A stretch of 64,000 bases of DNA from a virus (taxonomy: Duplodnaviria; Caudoviricetes). The translations under genes were made by a program, and so were the position numbers. The notes beneath the pieces are model-generated. The model was not told the origin of the DNA and searched no databases. It saw only the letters and a program-made list of their open reading frames with translations. The stretch covers positions 1 through 64,000 of IMG/VR virus record IMGVR_UViG_3300028833_000064. The stretch is one strand, 5' to 3'. Position 1 is the stretch's first letter; each line of letters begins with the position of its first letter. This document shows, one piece after another, positions 55,972-64,000 of the stretch.

Positions 55972-56424
55972 TTACTGTGAAACTTTAAAACCGGATTGCT
56001 CTACAAGTTTGATTGCTTGTTCGAGAGATTTTCTTTTCTGTCTCTCTTCATCCTCTTTTTTCTTTCGTTCTATTTCGATACCTTGGTCAATACGACTCTT
56101 AATCTTCTCGATTCTTTTTTTCGCTTCTTCTTCTGTTTCCGGTTCTGGCCATGAAAGCTCTGTTTCAAACGAAGCTTCCCAATCTGCTCCGTTTGGGTTA
56201 TATTGCTCACTTTCACCAGTCATCACAACCGTTACACAGATGTCGTCATGAGGGATTACACTTGACTCAAGTTCTTTCTTTTTTCTCTTGACGGCATTCA
56301 GTAATTTCCTCAAGTCTCCACTCGTGAGACTGATGATGTTTGAATTATCACAACAATGTTTCTGAAGACGAGTGGTCTTATAGACATTTATTCTATCGTC
56401 GATATTATATCCTCTGTAATTCAT
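55972..56424 (-). CDS. MNYxG family protein, paralog A
   Basis: MNY.G..ID, K..EL, H.D...TG, F.TEL.W.E.E, GxKV shared with 56647..57096. Confidence 0.8.
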   Translation of the reverse strand: MNYRGYNIDDRINVYKTTRLQKHCCDNSNIISLTSGDLRKLLNAVKRKKKELESSVIPHDDICVTVVMTGESEQYNPNGADWEASFETELSWPEPETEEEAKKRIEKIKSRIDQGIEIERKKKEDEERQKRKSLEQAIKLVEQSGFKVSQ

Positions 56425-56642
56425 TTTAACAATGCTTTTAAATCTTCGATTATTGTTTGATTAGTTTCATCCATAGGAAGCATTTTGACAAGGCTGAGTA
56501 GTTCTTTTTTCTCTTCAGCGTATTGTTTGTCTTTCCACTCCGCCATCATGAGAGCCGACAGATAACACTCCATCGAACTACATGCTACATGGTATTGTTT
56601 GTTTTTTTCACTCAGTTCCTGAGCTTTTTCTTCGTTTGTCAT
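56421..56642 (-). CDS. small phage protein
   Basis: MTNEEKA.E...A..MAEWKD motif. Confidence 0.75.
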   Translation of the reverse strand: MTNEEKAQELSEKNKQYHVACSSMECYLSALMMAEWKDKQYAEEKKELLSLVKMLPMDETNQTIIEDLKALLK

Positions 56643-56646
56643 ATCT

Positions 56647-57096
56647 TTAAAATTTTACTGTTCCACCATTTTCTTCGATTGTTTTCACCGCTTCTGCAAT
56701 CTTCTCACGTCTGGCTCGTTCAGCCATTGCTTCGCTGGCAATCCTGCTTTCGATAATCATATCGATTCTGTCTTTTTCCCACTGAATTCGTCTATTTCTT
56801 TCCGCCACACTTTCCATCTCCTCCCAGCACAGTTCGGTGATAAACTCGGCACTTTTGTATTTACCATTCATGGTGATACATTGTTCATCACAACCAGTCA
56901 GTTCTATCTTAACATCACCATGCTTGATTCCTTTCTCATTGAGTTCGGCTTCTTTCTTTATAATGAGTTCCTTCAATTTATCGAGGTCCTCTATTCCGAG
57001 TTCAATATTGTTGGAGTAGTCGTAGGTGAATTTATCCAACTTCTCGTGTCTTATAACATTTTTTGTGTTATCAATATGCTGTCCCTTGTAATTCAT
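56647..57096 (-). CDS. MNYxG family protein, paralog B
   Basis: Paralog of 55972..56424. Confidence 0.8.
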   Translation of the reverse strand: MNYKGQHIDNTKNVIRHEKLDKFTYDYSNNIELGIEDLDKLKELIIKKEAELNEKGIKHGDVKIELTGCDEQCITMNGKYKSAEFITELCWEEMESVAERNRRIQWEKDRIDMIIESRIASEAMAERARREKIAEAVKTIEENGGTVKF

Positions 57097-57099
57097 ATC

Positions 57100-57768
57100 T
57101 TATTCGTTATAACGGTTATAACTAATTTTGTTATCGATGAACCACTTGGCCGCCGCCTCGGCTTCAGCCTTGGTGTTCCATTTCATATTGCCATCTTTGT
57201 CCTTAATGTCGAGATTGCCTATCTTGGCATACCAGTGGTTTCCACCGTAGTGCTTGCAACTCTCCGGAAGTCCCAACGCCAAGTAGTCCATCTTCCCCCA
57301 CTGCATATACCGGACTTCTTCGAGACGGCATTGGGTTTCGATTGGGAACTCCAGTGTATCCTTGACGACCTCATCGACAATCTCATCACCCTCCACCAAC
57401 ATGGTCTCAACCACACCGTTGTCAAGATACATTTCGTGACCTTTTCGAAAATCATTGACTCTGTTGTTGAGGGTCTCGTTTTCCAACCGTACCGCCGCCT
57501 CAATCCAAGAGCACCCCCATACGGATTTATAGACATCGACGGCTTTTGCCCAAGGTGTGATGGCGTGCTCTGTATACACCCAGTTTCCATCGGGTTTTGA
57601 TTCGTCCGGTATAAGATGACTGTGTTCGATATGGTCGTGAACACCGTCACGAATCTCACTTCCGAAGATTTTCTTGAAGTGTTCAACCACCTGCTCTTCA
57701 GTCTCGGGTTTGAAAAACCAGTGACCATCATTTGAACCCTTTCTCCGTATCTTGACAAACTTGTACAT
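57100..57768 (-). CDS. hypothetical protein
   Basis: 222 aa; QW..G.HWYAKIG..KWNT. Confidence 0.8.
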   Translation of the reverse strand: MYKFVKIRRKGSNDGHWFFKPETEEQVVEHFKKIFGSEIRDGVHDHIEHSHLIPDESKPDGNWVYTEHAITPWAKAVDVYKSVWGCSWIEAAVRLENETLNNRVNDFRKGHEMYLDNGVVETMLVEGDEIVDEVVKDTLEFPIETQCRLEEVRYMQWGKMDYLALGLPESCKHYGGNHWYAKIGNLDIKDKDGNMKWNTKAEAEAAAKWFIDNKISYNRYNE

Positions 57769-57772
57769 GGTA

Positions 57773-58354
57773 TCAGATGTTGATTGATTTGACAAACTCT
57801 ATGTGTTCCTTGCTCATTGGAACTCCGGTGAAGTTCACGTTGAGGAAAGCTCTTTTTACTTTCTCGTCCGAACAGTTCTCACGGAGGAAATAGAATGTGA
57901 GGCAGTTTCTTCCCTTGAAGAATCTCTGGGCGGGCTTGCTGAAATCTTTCCAATAGTTGCCGTTGCTGTCGGGGAACTTATTTTCGAAAAAGTCCATGAG
58001 GCAGTTAAGTCTCTGTTTTCCGTCGACCACATCGTGTTCATATCCGGTTTCCTCGAATTTCTTGTAGTCGTTTGTCTTCAACACAATGTATCCACAGTTA
58101 ATCCCGAGATAAATCGAGTCGATGAAGTTCTGCTTATCTTGGAGTGTCCAGCAAAGAGGTCTTTGGTAGAAAACCTTTTTACCGTCTTTATCCACGATGT
58201 ATGGGTCGAAGTTGAATTCCTCACGGGACTGACCATAAACCCAATCAAGTGTCAGTTGGGATACTTGCATGTCGTCATGCCAAGTTCCATTTACTAACGG
58301 ATTAACCCCGTTTTCTGTGAACCTCTTACGTTCAATATTGATATTGTCTTCCAT
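57773..58354 (-). CDS. DUF262 (GmrS/ParB-like) domain protein
   Basis: YQRPLCW...FIDSI, VVDGKQRL, F..VN..G..M. Confidence 0.85.
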   Translation of the reverse strand: MEDNINIERKRFTENGVNPLVNGTWHDDMQVSQLTLDWVYGQSREEFNFDPYIVDKDGKKVFYQRPLCWTLQDKQNFIDSIYLGINCGYIVLKTNDYKKFEETGYEHDVVDGKQRLNCLMDFFENKFPDSNGNYWKDFSKPAQRFFKGRNCLTFYFLRENCSDEKVKRAFLNVNFTGVPMSKEHIEFVKSINI

Positions 58355-58484
58355 TTTATTTTCTTTTAAGTTTATCTTTGATGTCTTCAAGAGTGGTCTT
58401 AATTAAAATGAGTTCAATTAAGATTAAACAAAGAAGAATCTAAATACAAAAATTAATAAAATTCATAATTTATTATTTTTAAGA

Positions 58485-58832
58485 TTATTTTTTAACAACC
58501 ACCCATACATTTCCTTCCTTTACATACATTCCCTTCTCGATGGCGTGGCGTGTGAGCTGTCCGGCGTACTTCCCAATCTTCTTGAAGAGTATCTGAATCT
58601 GTTTCTCTGAGAGTCTCCCATACTTCTGATACTGCTTGCAGAAAGAGGTGAGTATTCCGGAATCGGTACCGGCGAACCCTACACCGTTGAACTCACTGAC
58701 ATCACCACTCTCCTGTTCACTCTCGGTCTGATGCTCATATATTCTGAGCATTGCCTTGATTGCTTTCTGTGGGTCAGTCGTGATTGCTGCCCTGATGGCC
58801 GATTCTATTGCTGATTTAGATTTGTATTCCAT
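58485..58832 (-). CDS. conserved phage protein
   Basis: IY..QT..EQ...NGVGF...D..ILTSF..LSEKQ..KY..QL. Confidence 0.8.
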   Translation of the reverse strand: MEYKSKSAIESAIRAAITTDPQKAIKAMLRIYEHQTESEQESGDVSEFNGVGFAGTDSGILTSFCKQYQKYGRLSEKQIQILFKKIGKYAGQLTRHAIEKGMYVKEGNVWVVVKK

Positions 58833-58849
58833 TTTTCCTTTTATTTTCT

Positions 58850-58958
58850 TGATGCAAAGATACGAACTTTTTTTGAATTACAAAACTTTTTTTTCAAAAA
58901 AAATTAATTTTTTTCGTAACTACTTCATTTAGTGAAAGTAAAAAATGAAATTTTTTTA
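58850..58958 (-). promoter_or_regulatory. ~109-bp promoter cassette, copy 1
   Basis: TTTG-N18-TATCTTTG plus upstream A/T tracts and an imperfect palindrome; identical to 60841-60949. Confidence 0.85.
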
Positions 58959-58990
58959 TCGCTTATAGAAAAATCCCTTGCAAAATCTCC

Positions 58991-59677
58991 TTATTTTTTA
59001 TTTTTTTTTTTCTTATTTTCGGCACTACGGTCTCTTATTCCACGGAAAAGAGCCATGCTCCATTCGGAGATTTGCTGTGGAGTGATGGGGACAATCTCAC
59101 GGTTCAACCATTCGTCTTCCGTCATCCCGTCGATGTTGATGAACATATCGTGCTTAAGATTCTTTACAATGGTTTCCGAGTGGGTGATGACAACAACCCC
59201 GTAGCAGTTGCCGAGATATTTTTCGAAAATTTCGTTGAGATAATTGCAGATACCCACTTGCATCTCACGGCTCATTCCGATTTCAATCTCATCTATGACG
59301 ATGAATGCTTTTTTATTGTCACGGTTTTTTTCGTCTTCCTTGATGACGAGACTGTTCATCATGCTGACGATTGTACCTACCGAGGCGTTGGAAGTGCTGT
59401 CCCATGGGAGGTCGGACAGCATGTGGTCGAGTCCGGTTCCAAACAGTGAACTGCATCCGTTGGTTCTTTTCTCCATCGAGATGGTGGCGATTGGACTCTT
59501 GTCGAGTCCGAGTTTCTCCATTATGGTAAATACGAGTTGTTTTCTAACTACAGATTTACCTGACGAGTTGCTTCCTGTCAGGATGGTCACTTTACCCGGT
59601 TCGATTGATTTGGTGACATCGACGATTCGGTCGATGTGGTTGCTAATATGTTCTGACGATAAATTTGTATAATCCAT
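58991..59677 (-). CDS. stand-alone ABC-type ATPase
   Basis: GSNSSGKS, IVIDEIEIGMS, VITHS. Confidence 0.8.
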   Translation of the reverse strand: MDYTNLSSEHISNHIDRIVDVTKSIEPGKVTILTGSNSSGKSVVRKQLVFTIMEKLGLDKSPIATISMEKRTNGCSSLFGTGLDHMLSDLPWDSTSNASVGTIVSMMNSLVIKEDEKNRDNKKAFIVIDEIEIGMSREMQVGICNYLNEIFEKYLGNCYGVVVITHSETIVKNLKHDMFINIDGMTEDEWLNREIVPITPQQISEWSMALFRGIRDRSAENKKKKNKK

Positions 59678-59679
59678 TT

Positions 59680-60318
59680 TTATATATATTTTTCAGTTAA
59701 TCTTCTTTCTGTGATATGTCTTTCTCCGGACATAAAATACTCCATTTGGTTTTCGAAAACCATATCTTTTCTGACAAATGTAGTGAGAACTCTATATTCT
59801 TTCTTTCGTGTTCCAAATCCAACTCCATCATCCATACTCCAGAATATAGAGTTCTCATGGTCTGGACACTGATAGTTCACACTGGAAAGTATTCTATTCT
59901 TAGTGAAGAAATTGGTTATCAAACCAAGACGGTTGTCAAACTCACACTGGCCTAACCTTTCCACATATCTGTCGAAAAAATGTGGGGCGATGAACAAGAA
60001 TTTGTCACCTTTATTGTGGAGTGAGCAAACCCACACTCTGTTGTTTCTTCTAAACGTAGAGAATGTGAGGGTTTTCAACCCATTCTTCAAATAGTCCCGC
60101 TTTCCATATGTGGAGATTATCAGATGGTACTCAATACCCGAGTTCTTGCTTGTGAAGTCAACCCTGTTGAAATACCGAAGGTCGTCTCCCGTCATTTTAA
60201 GGCAAGCCTTTCTGTACTTAGAATCCGAAATAACAGAGATAACCTTTCTATGAACATAGTCCATTTCTGAAATAATCAGATTCTTAATTTCATCCAATGT
60301 CATTGTGTCTACATACAT
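59680..60318 (-). CDS. hypothetical protein (HFFDRY.ER motif)
   Basis: Start reassigned to ATG 60318. Confidence 0.75.
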   Translation of the reverse strand: MYVDTMTLDEIKNLIISEMDYVHRKVISVISDSKYRKACLKMTGDDLRYFNRVDFTSKNSGIEYHLIISTYGKRDYLKNGLKTLTFSTFRRNNRVWVCSLHNKGDKFLFIAPHFFDRYVERLGQCEFDNRLGLITNFFTKNRILSSVNYQCPDHENSIFWSMDDGVGFGTRKKEYRVLTTFVRKDMVFENQMEYFMSGERHITERRLTEKYI

Positions 60319-60331
60319 GGCTCGGTCGGAT

Positions 60332-60820
60332 TTAAAGTTTGACAATACTTTTAACCGCCTGTGCAAGGTAGTCGTAGTGGAGGAACATGTATGAACTCGG
60401 TTCAACTGGTTCACCACCGTCGTACTGCATTTCGTAGAACGTCTTGTACCCGTCTTCCGTTTCCTTTATCGAAAAGACCGAGAACACATGGTCATTTAAA
60501 GTTGAAAGACTCTTTGCTTTCCTCAAAGCCTTCTCATAGTCGTCTGTGAGATAAAGGGTGTCCATTAACGATTCGGACAATACACAATAGTCAAAGTTGG
60601 GATTCACATACTCTCTACCCAGTGTCATCATAAACTCGTCATGGTCTGACATTTTGTAGTCGGGTTTGTTGGCGATATTAAGAAGTGCTTCAATACACTG
60701 CTCTGTGGTCATTTCCAAATCGGCGGGAGGGTCAATACTCGTTTCAGGGTTATGGAAAAACCTTACTCCATTTGCTGCCCAAATGATGAGTCTTAGTTCT
60801 TTGTCGTCTATTATTTTCAT
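60332..60820 (-). CDS. hypothetical protein
   Basis: 162 aa, first gene after cassette copy 2. Confidence 0.75.
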   Translation of the reverse strand: MKIIDDKELRLIIWAANGVRFFHNPETSIDPPADLEMTTEQCIEALLNIANKPDYKMSDHDEFMMTLGREYVNPNFDYCVLSESLMDTLYLTDDYEKALRKAKSLSTLNDHVFSVFSIKETEDGYKTFYEMQYDGGEPVEPSSYMFLHYDYLAQAVKSIVKL

Positions 60821-60840
60821 TTTGTTTCCTTTTTAATTTC

Positions 60841-60949
60841 TGATGCAAAGATACGAACTTTTTTTGAATTACAAAACTTTTTTTTCAAAAAAAATTAATT
60901 TTTTTCGTAACTACTTCATTTAGTGAAAGTAAAAAATGAAATTTTTTTA
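60841..60949 (-). promoter_or_regulatory. ~109-bp promoter cassette, copy 2
   Basis: Identical to 58850-58958. Confidence 0.85.
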
Positions 60950-61096
60950 CTTAGAATAAAAAAATCCTTTGTAAAATGATAAAAAAGAAACCGGTTTTTC
61001 AAAAAATAGACACCTTTAAAAAGAATCAGACAACTCGTCTCGGTAAGAGGGAGTTATCTGATTTTCGAAAAAAAAAGGAAAACAAGTATGTAGACA

Positions 61097-61288
61097 TCAA
61101 CCTACGTTTTCAAGTATGTATTGTATCAATATTTCTTTTGGAATTTGGTCAAGCATTTCCCTTGCTTTCTTTTTGTTTGCTTCGATGCCTTCAATTGGGA
61201 GACGCTGAGCCACGATAGCAGAACCCTCTTCTACAACCTTATGTTCTCTTCTGTATAGAGATACTGCTGCTTTTATCTTGTCGTTCAT
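61097..61288 (-). CDS. hypothetical protein
   Basis: 63 aa, ATGA overlap. Confidence 0.65.
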   Translation of the reverse strand: MNDKIKAAVSLYRREHKVVEEGSAIVAQRLPIEGIEANKKKAREMLDQIPKEILIQYILENVG

Positions 61289-61830
61289 TTGATTACGTTT
61301 TTTTCGAGTATATCCAAATCAAGGTTTTCGAAAATCTGCATGAATTTTTCAAACTCCGGATTTCTCCAAGCGTTCATGCAGTATGGTCTTGGTTTAGAAT
61401 AGTGGTACCAATTTGTTTTGATGTGTTCTTCGGCCGCTCGTTTAGTCAGGAAGCAACCGGTTTTGTCTGATATTTTTTCATACGCCTCATACTCGTGGGT
61501 ATCGACGATTCTATTGAGGTATTGTCGTGCAAATCCAAGTACATCTTCTTCGAATACTTTATTGATGTGTTTCCATTTGATGCAGATGTCTGCCGGCATG
61601 TCTGACAGGAAATTCTCTTCGATGTATTCGGCATAATCCTCAATCGAGTTGAAAACTCTGATGTCGTGTGTCGAATCTATAATCTTGATACAATCTCCAC
61701 AACCTTCTTCGGTGGGGCGCTCCCCCGATTCCATTATTCCCCAGAATCGGGGGGCGGCCGTACCTTCTGTGCTCTGTTCTCTGAGTTCCTTCTGTAGGGA
61801 TTTCAGAAAGTCAAGCTCTTCTTTTGTCAT
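61285..61830 (-). CDS. conserved phage protein
   Basis: Q.T.G.A.PRFW, FLT..AA..HI..N.YHY, AWRNPE. Confidence 0.8.
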   Translation of the reverse strand: MTKEELDFLKSLQKELREQSTEGTAAPRFWGIMESGERPTEEGCGDCIKIIDSTHDIRVFNSIEDYAEYIEENFLSDMPADICIKWKHINKVFEEDVLGFARQYLNRIVDTHEYEAYEKISDKTGCFLTKRAAEEHIKTNWYHYSKPRPYCMNAWRNPEFEKFMQIFENLDLDILEKNVIK

Positions 61831-61832
61831 AA

Positions 61833-62939
61833 TCAACCTCCGAAATATGACGACTTGTGAGTTTCTCCTGATGTGGAGGCGGGAATAGATTCCGGGGTTT
61901 TAACCTCGGAGAACTCTATCGTCTCGGGTTGAGTTCCGGCACCGATGGCCTGATGGGTGAAACTGATGTTACCGGTGTCTTCAACTGGTTTGTCAAAAAT
62001 TCCAAACCCATTCTTTTCAAAGTCGGCCATAATCTGATTGGCCTTGTCCAAGTTAATGTCGGAGTTGATTTCGAAATTCATCAGGATGTCGTTACTTCCG
62101 TCGATGAGTCTGTTGATTTCGGCAATTGACTGATTGATGGTATCGTTCACAGTCTTCATGGCGAGTTCCTGTTCCATAGAGGAAGTAAGAATACCATGCA
62201 TGATGGAGTTGATGTTTTTCATCGCCGTGCTCTGTGCCACTGCTTGCTCATACTCCTCCACTCGGAAGTCGTGTTCATTCTGAGCATCCTGCACTTTATA
62301 TCCAACAGCAATTTGGAGTTTCTGCATCACTTTCAGATACTTCTCCGAAGTCTGAATTCTTGCACGCTGATTCTCGATTTGCTTCTTGCCTCGGACAATT
62401 TCGTTAGAGACTAATTGAAGCTGAGCCATGAGTTTGGTTCTCTCACTCTGGTCGGTAGTACTCCTGAGTTTGTTTTCGATTGCTGTTTTTTTACGGACGT
62501 TGTTTTCGAAATTCTCTTCGTACTCTTTCAACTTCCGTTTCATTCTTACAAGGATGCTGCCGAGATTCGTCACATTCTTATCTATGATTTGAAGTTTTTC
62601 CTTCATCTCACGGATACCGTTTTCAAGGATGGCGATGGGGTCGATATTGACCACAAGTCCATATACTTTCCTCATAATCTGTAACCACAACAGACTGATA
62701 AGTCTTCGAGTCTTCTTGTTGGTCACGATATAGACGATGGCGGCGATGGCGGCAAGTTCGGCGACGAAAAGAAGCAGGTTTGCTGTTGCTGCAATGAGGA
62801 ACGGGAGTGCAAACTTGAAAAATGCATATCCGATTCCGAGCATTGCCAGTATACCGGTCAGTTTAGCGAACCCACCACCGGGTCTTTTCCACAATTCCTT
62901 GAATTTGTCTTTGGGTTGAAGGGCTACACTGTTGTCCAT
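61833..62939 (-). CDS. two-TM membrane protein with long coiled coil (PspA/IM30-like)
   Basis: N-terminal TM pair, DPIAILE..I.EM, ~200-aa coiled coil. Confidence 0.65.
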   Translation of the reverse strand: MDNSVALQPKDKFKELWKRPGGGFAKLTGILAMLGIGYAFFKFALPFLIAATANLLLFVAELAAIAAIVYIVTNKKTRRLISLLWLQIMRKVYGLVVNIDPIAILENGIREMKEKLQIIDKNVTNLGSILVRMKRKLKEYEENFENNVRKKTAIENKLRSTTDQSERTKLMAQLQLVSNEIVRGKKQIENQRARIQTSEKYLKVMQKLQIAVGYKVQDAQNEHDFRVEEYEQAVAQSTAMKNINSIMHGILTSSMEQELAMKTVNDTINQSIAEINRLIDGSNDILMNFEINSDINLDKANQIMADFEKNGFGIFDKPVEDTGNISFTHQAIGAGTQPETIEFSEVKTPESIPASTSGETHKSSYFGG

Positions 62940-62957
62940 ATTTTTCCTTTCTTGTGT

Positions 62958-63641
62958 TTAAATTGTTAATGATTCGATTTTCTGACGGTCAGTGTTCAGA
63001 ACATCCAGCACAGACTGGATGGAGGCGTTGAACGTCATTCGGTTGTTGTTGATTTCAACCTTTGCTGCTTGCATTGCCATGTTCTTCTGACCGATTTCAT
63101 CCATGAGGGCATCATATTCTGCCTTCATCTGCTGGGCATGGGTTTGCATCTCTGCTATCTCTGCCTCCACACTGGAAACTCTTTCGTGCTCCAATTTGTC
63201 CAACTCACCGAGTCCTGTCTGTTTCTCGGTCTCCACCACACCAAGGTAGAAGTCGATTGCCTGTAGGATGGCGGTCTTGTCGAAGTTCGGGTATTGTCCT
63301 TTCAACACATTGAAGGCTGCCGAAATCTTCTGCTCCAATGTGATTGGGAGACTGTCCAAACTTTGCAGGGTCGTCTTGAGTTCGAGATAGTCGGGACCCG
63401 GCCGGTTCTGGGCGATGATTGCATTCCAAATTCTGTCGATGATGTTTTTGTCTGCCACTGCTGTCGGGGCGGCCCCAGTCTGCTCGATGGTCGCTGTCGG
63501 GGCGAAACTTGTCGAAATTGAACCCATTGAACTCACCGGAATCTGAGCACTTACATTTGTGTTGTCTTGGACAACCTCTTTCGATACTGGTGGGTCTTCC
63601 TTGATGAGAGCTCTTTTGATTGCTTTTCCTATTGATGCCAT
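62958..63641 (-). CDS. coiled-coil protein, likely partner of the PspA-like protein
   Basis: N.PGPDYLE motif and C-terminal coiled coil. Confidence 0.65.
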   Translation of the reverse strand: MASIGKAIKRALIKEDPPVSKEVVQDNTNVSAQIPVSSMGSISTSFAPTATIEQTGAAPTAVADKNIIDRIWNAIIAQNRPGPDYLELKTTLQSLDSLPITLEQKISAAFNVLKGQYPNFDKTAILQAIDFYLGVVETEKQTGLGELDKLEHERVSSVEAEIAEMQTHAQQMKAEYDALMDEIGQKNMAMQAAKVEINNNRMTFNASIQSVLDVLNTDRQKIESLTI

Positions 63642-63679
63642 TTTATTTCTTTTTAATCGTTAGACAATTGTGTTGATTG

Positions 63680-64000
63680 TTAGAAAGCGAGGCGGGCGAC
63701 CAACCAGGGCTGGAAGTTCCAACTACCTTTTCCGTGAATGGAGAGTTTGGCAGGATTGTCGGTCACGTTGAAGAGCATGAGATTCACACCAACATGTACC
63801 ATAGGGGTAATCTTGTAATACACCTTCTGCTCGGTACAGAGATTGAATGTGTTCGGACCCCACGTGTCGAGATAACCCTCGTAGTAGATGTGGTCGAAGT
63901 CGGCGCTGCTATTGATGGAAAACTGCCAATTGTGGCCGCTGCCAAAGTCGTATCGGTACATAGGGGTGAGACTGAAACAGAAGTTACCCAGCAAGAGTTC
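63680..64000 (-). CDS. outer-membrane beta-barrel, DUF5020/Tsx-like (C-terminal part; gene enters from the right edge)
   Basis: Amphipathic strands, EGYLDTW, TEQKVYY, terminal beta-signal ARLAF. Confidence 0.6.
   Translation of the reverse strand, partial: ELLLGNFCFSLTPMYRYDFGSGHNWQFSINSSADFDHIYYEGYLDTWGPNTFNLCTEQKVYYKITPMVHVGVNLMLFNVTDNPAKLSIHGKGSWNFQPWLVARLAF

Noticed and set aside
56881-57600. 239-aa + strand ORF and similar antisense ORFs (1473..2129, 3229..3756, 26072..26524, 57803..58297)
   Set aside because: They lie opposite well-supported genes and arise from codon bias
1-64000. Genome-wide TAG reassignment (code 15, Lak-like)
   Set aside because: Coding density is already near complete in code 11, long late genes have no internal TAG, and TAG stops sit just before next-gene starts (42483, 33676) or precede TAA (35266); only one TAG-split gene was found

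Overview
This window is a 64-kb segment of a large (jumbo-type) lytic bacteriophage. The host is very probably a Bacteroidota: there are TAnnTTTG -7 promoters, no Shine-Dalgarno sequences, and Prevotella/Bacteroides-type secreted proteins. It reads in the standard code, and GATC appears to be avoided. From left to right it holds: (1) ~1-17 kb, + strand tail/fibre genes behind a T4-late-like CATAAATA motif; (2) 19-23.3 kb, two convergent glycan operons (UDP-sugar epimerase, three GT-A-like glycosyltransferases, a DUF1919-like protein) carrying the same motif; (3) 23-34 kb, - strand DUF2828/vWA protein, SmpB, two nucleotidyltransferases, Dda-like helicase, NMN adenylyltransferase and a PTP-like phosphatase; (4) 34-40.4 kb, a plastic array of small and membrane genes; (5) ~40.4-41.5 kb, a non-coding region with palindromic 24-bp repeats where GC skew flips (likely replication origin); (6) 41.5-64 kb, - strand CoaD, a TrpF-like protein, a complete ABC transporter whose binding protein is fused to OmpA_C, DUF262, an ABC-type ATPase, two coiled-coil proteins and a DUF5020-like outer-membrane barrel. 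The best candidates for an undescribed system are a phage-encoded trans-envelope uptake system and a late-expressed virion glycosylation module. I saw no tRNA, tmRNA, CRISPR array or reverse transcriptase. All family calls come from motif recognition by eye, not database searches.
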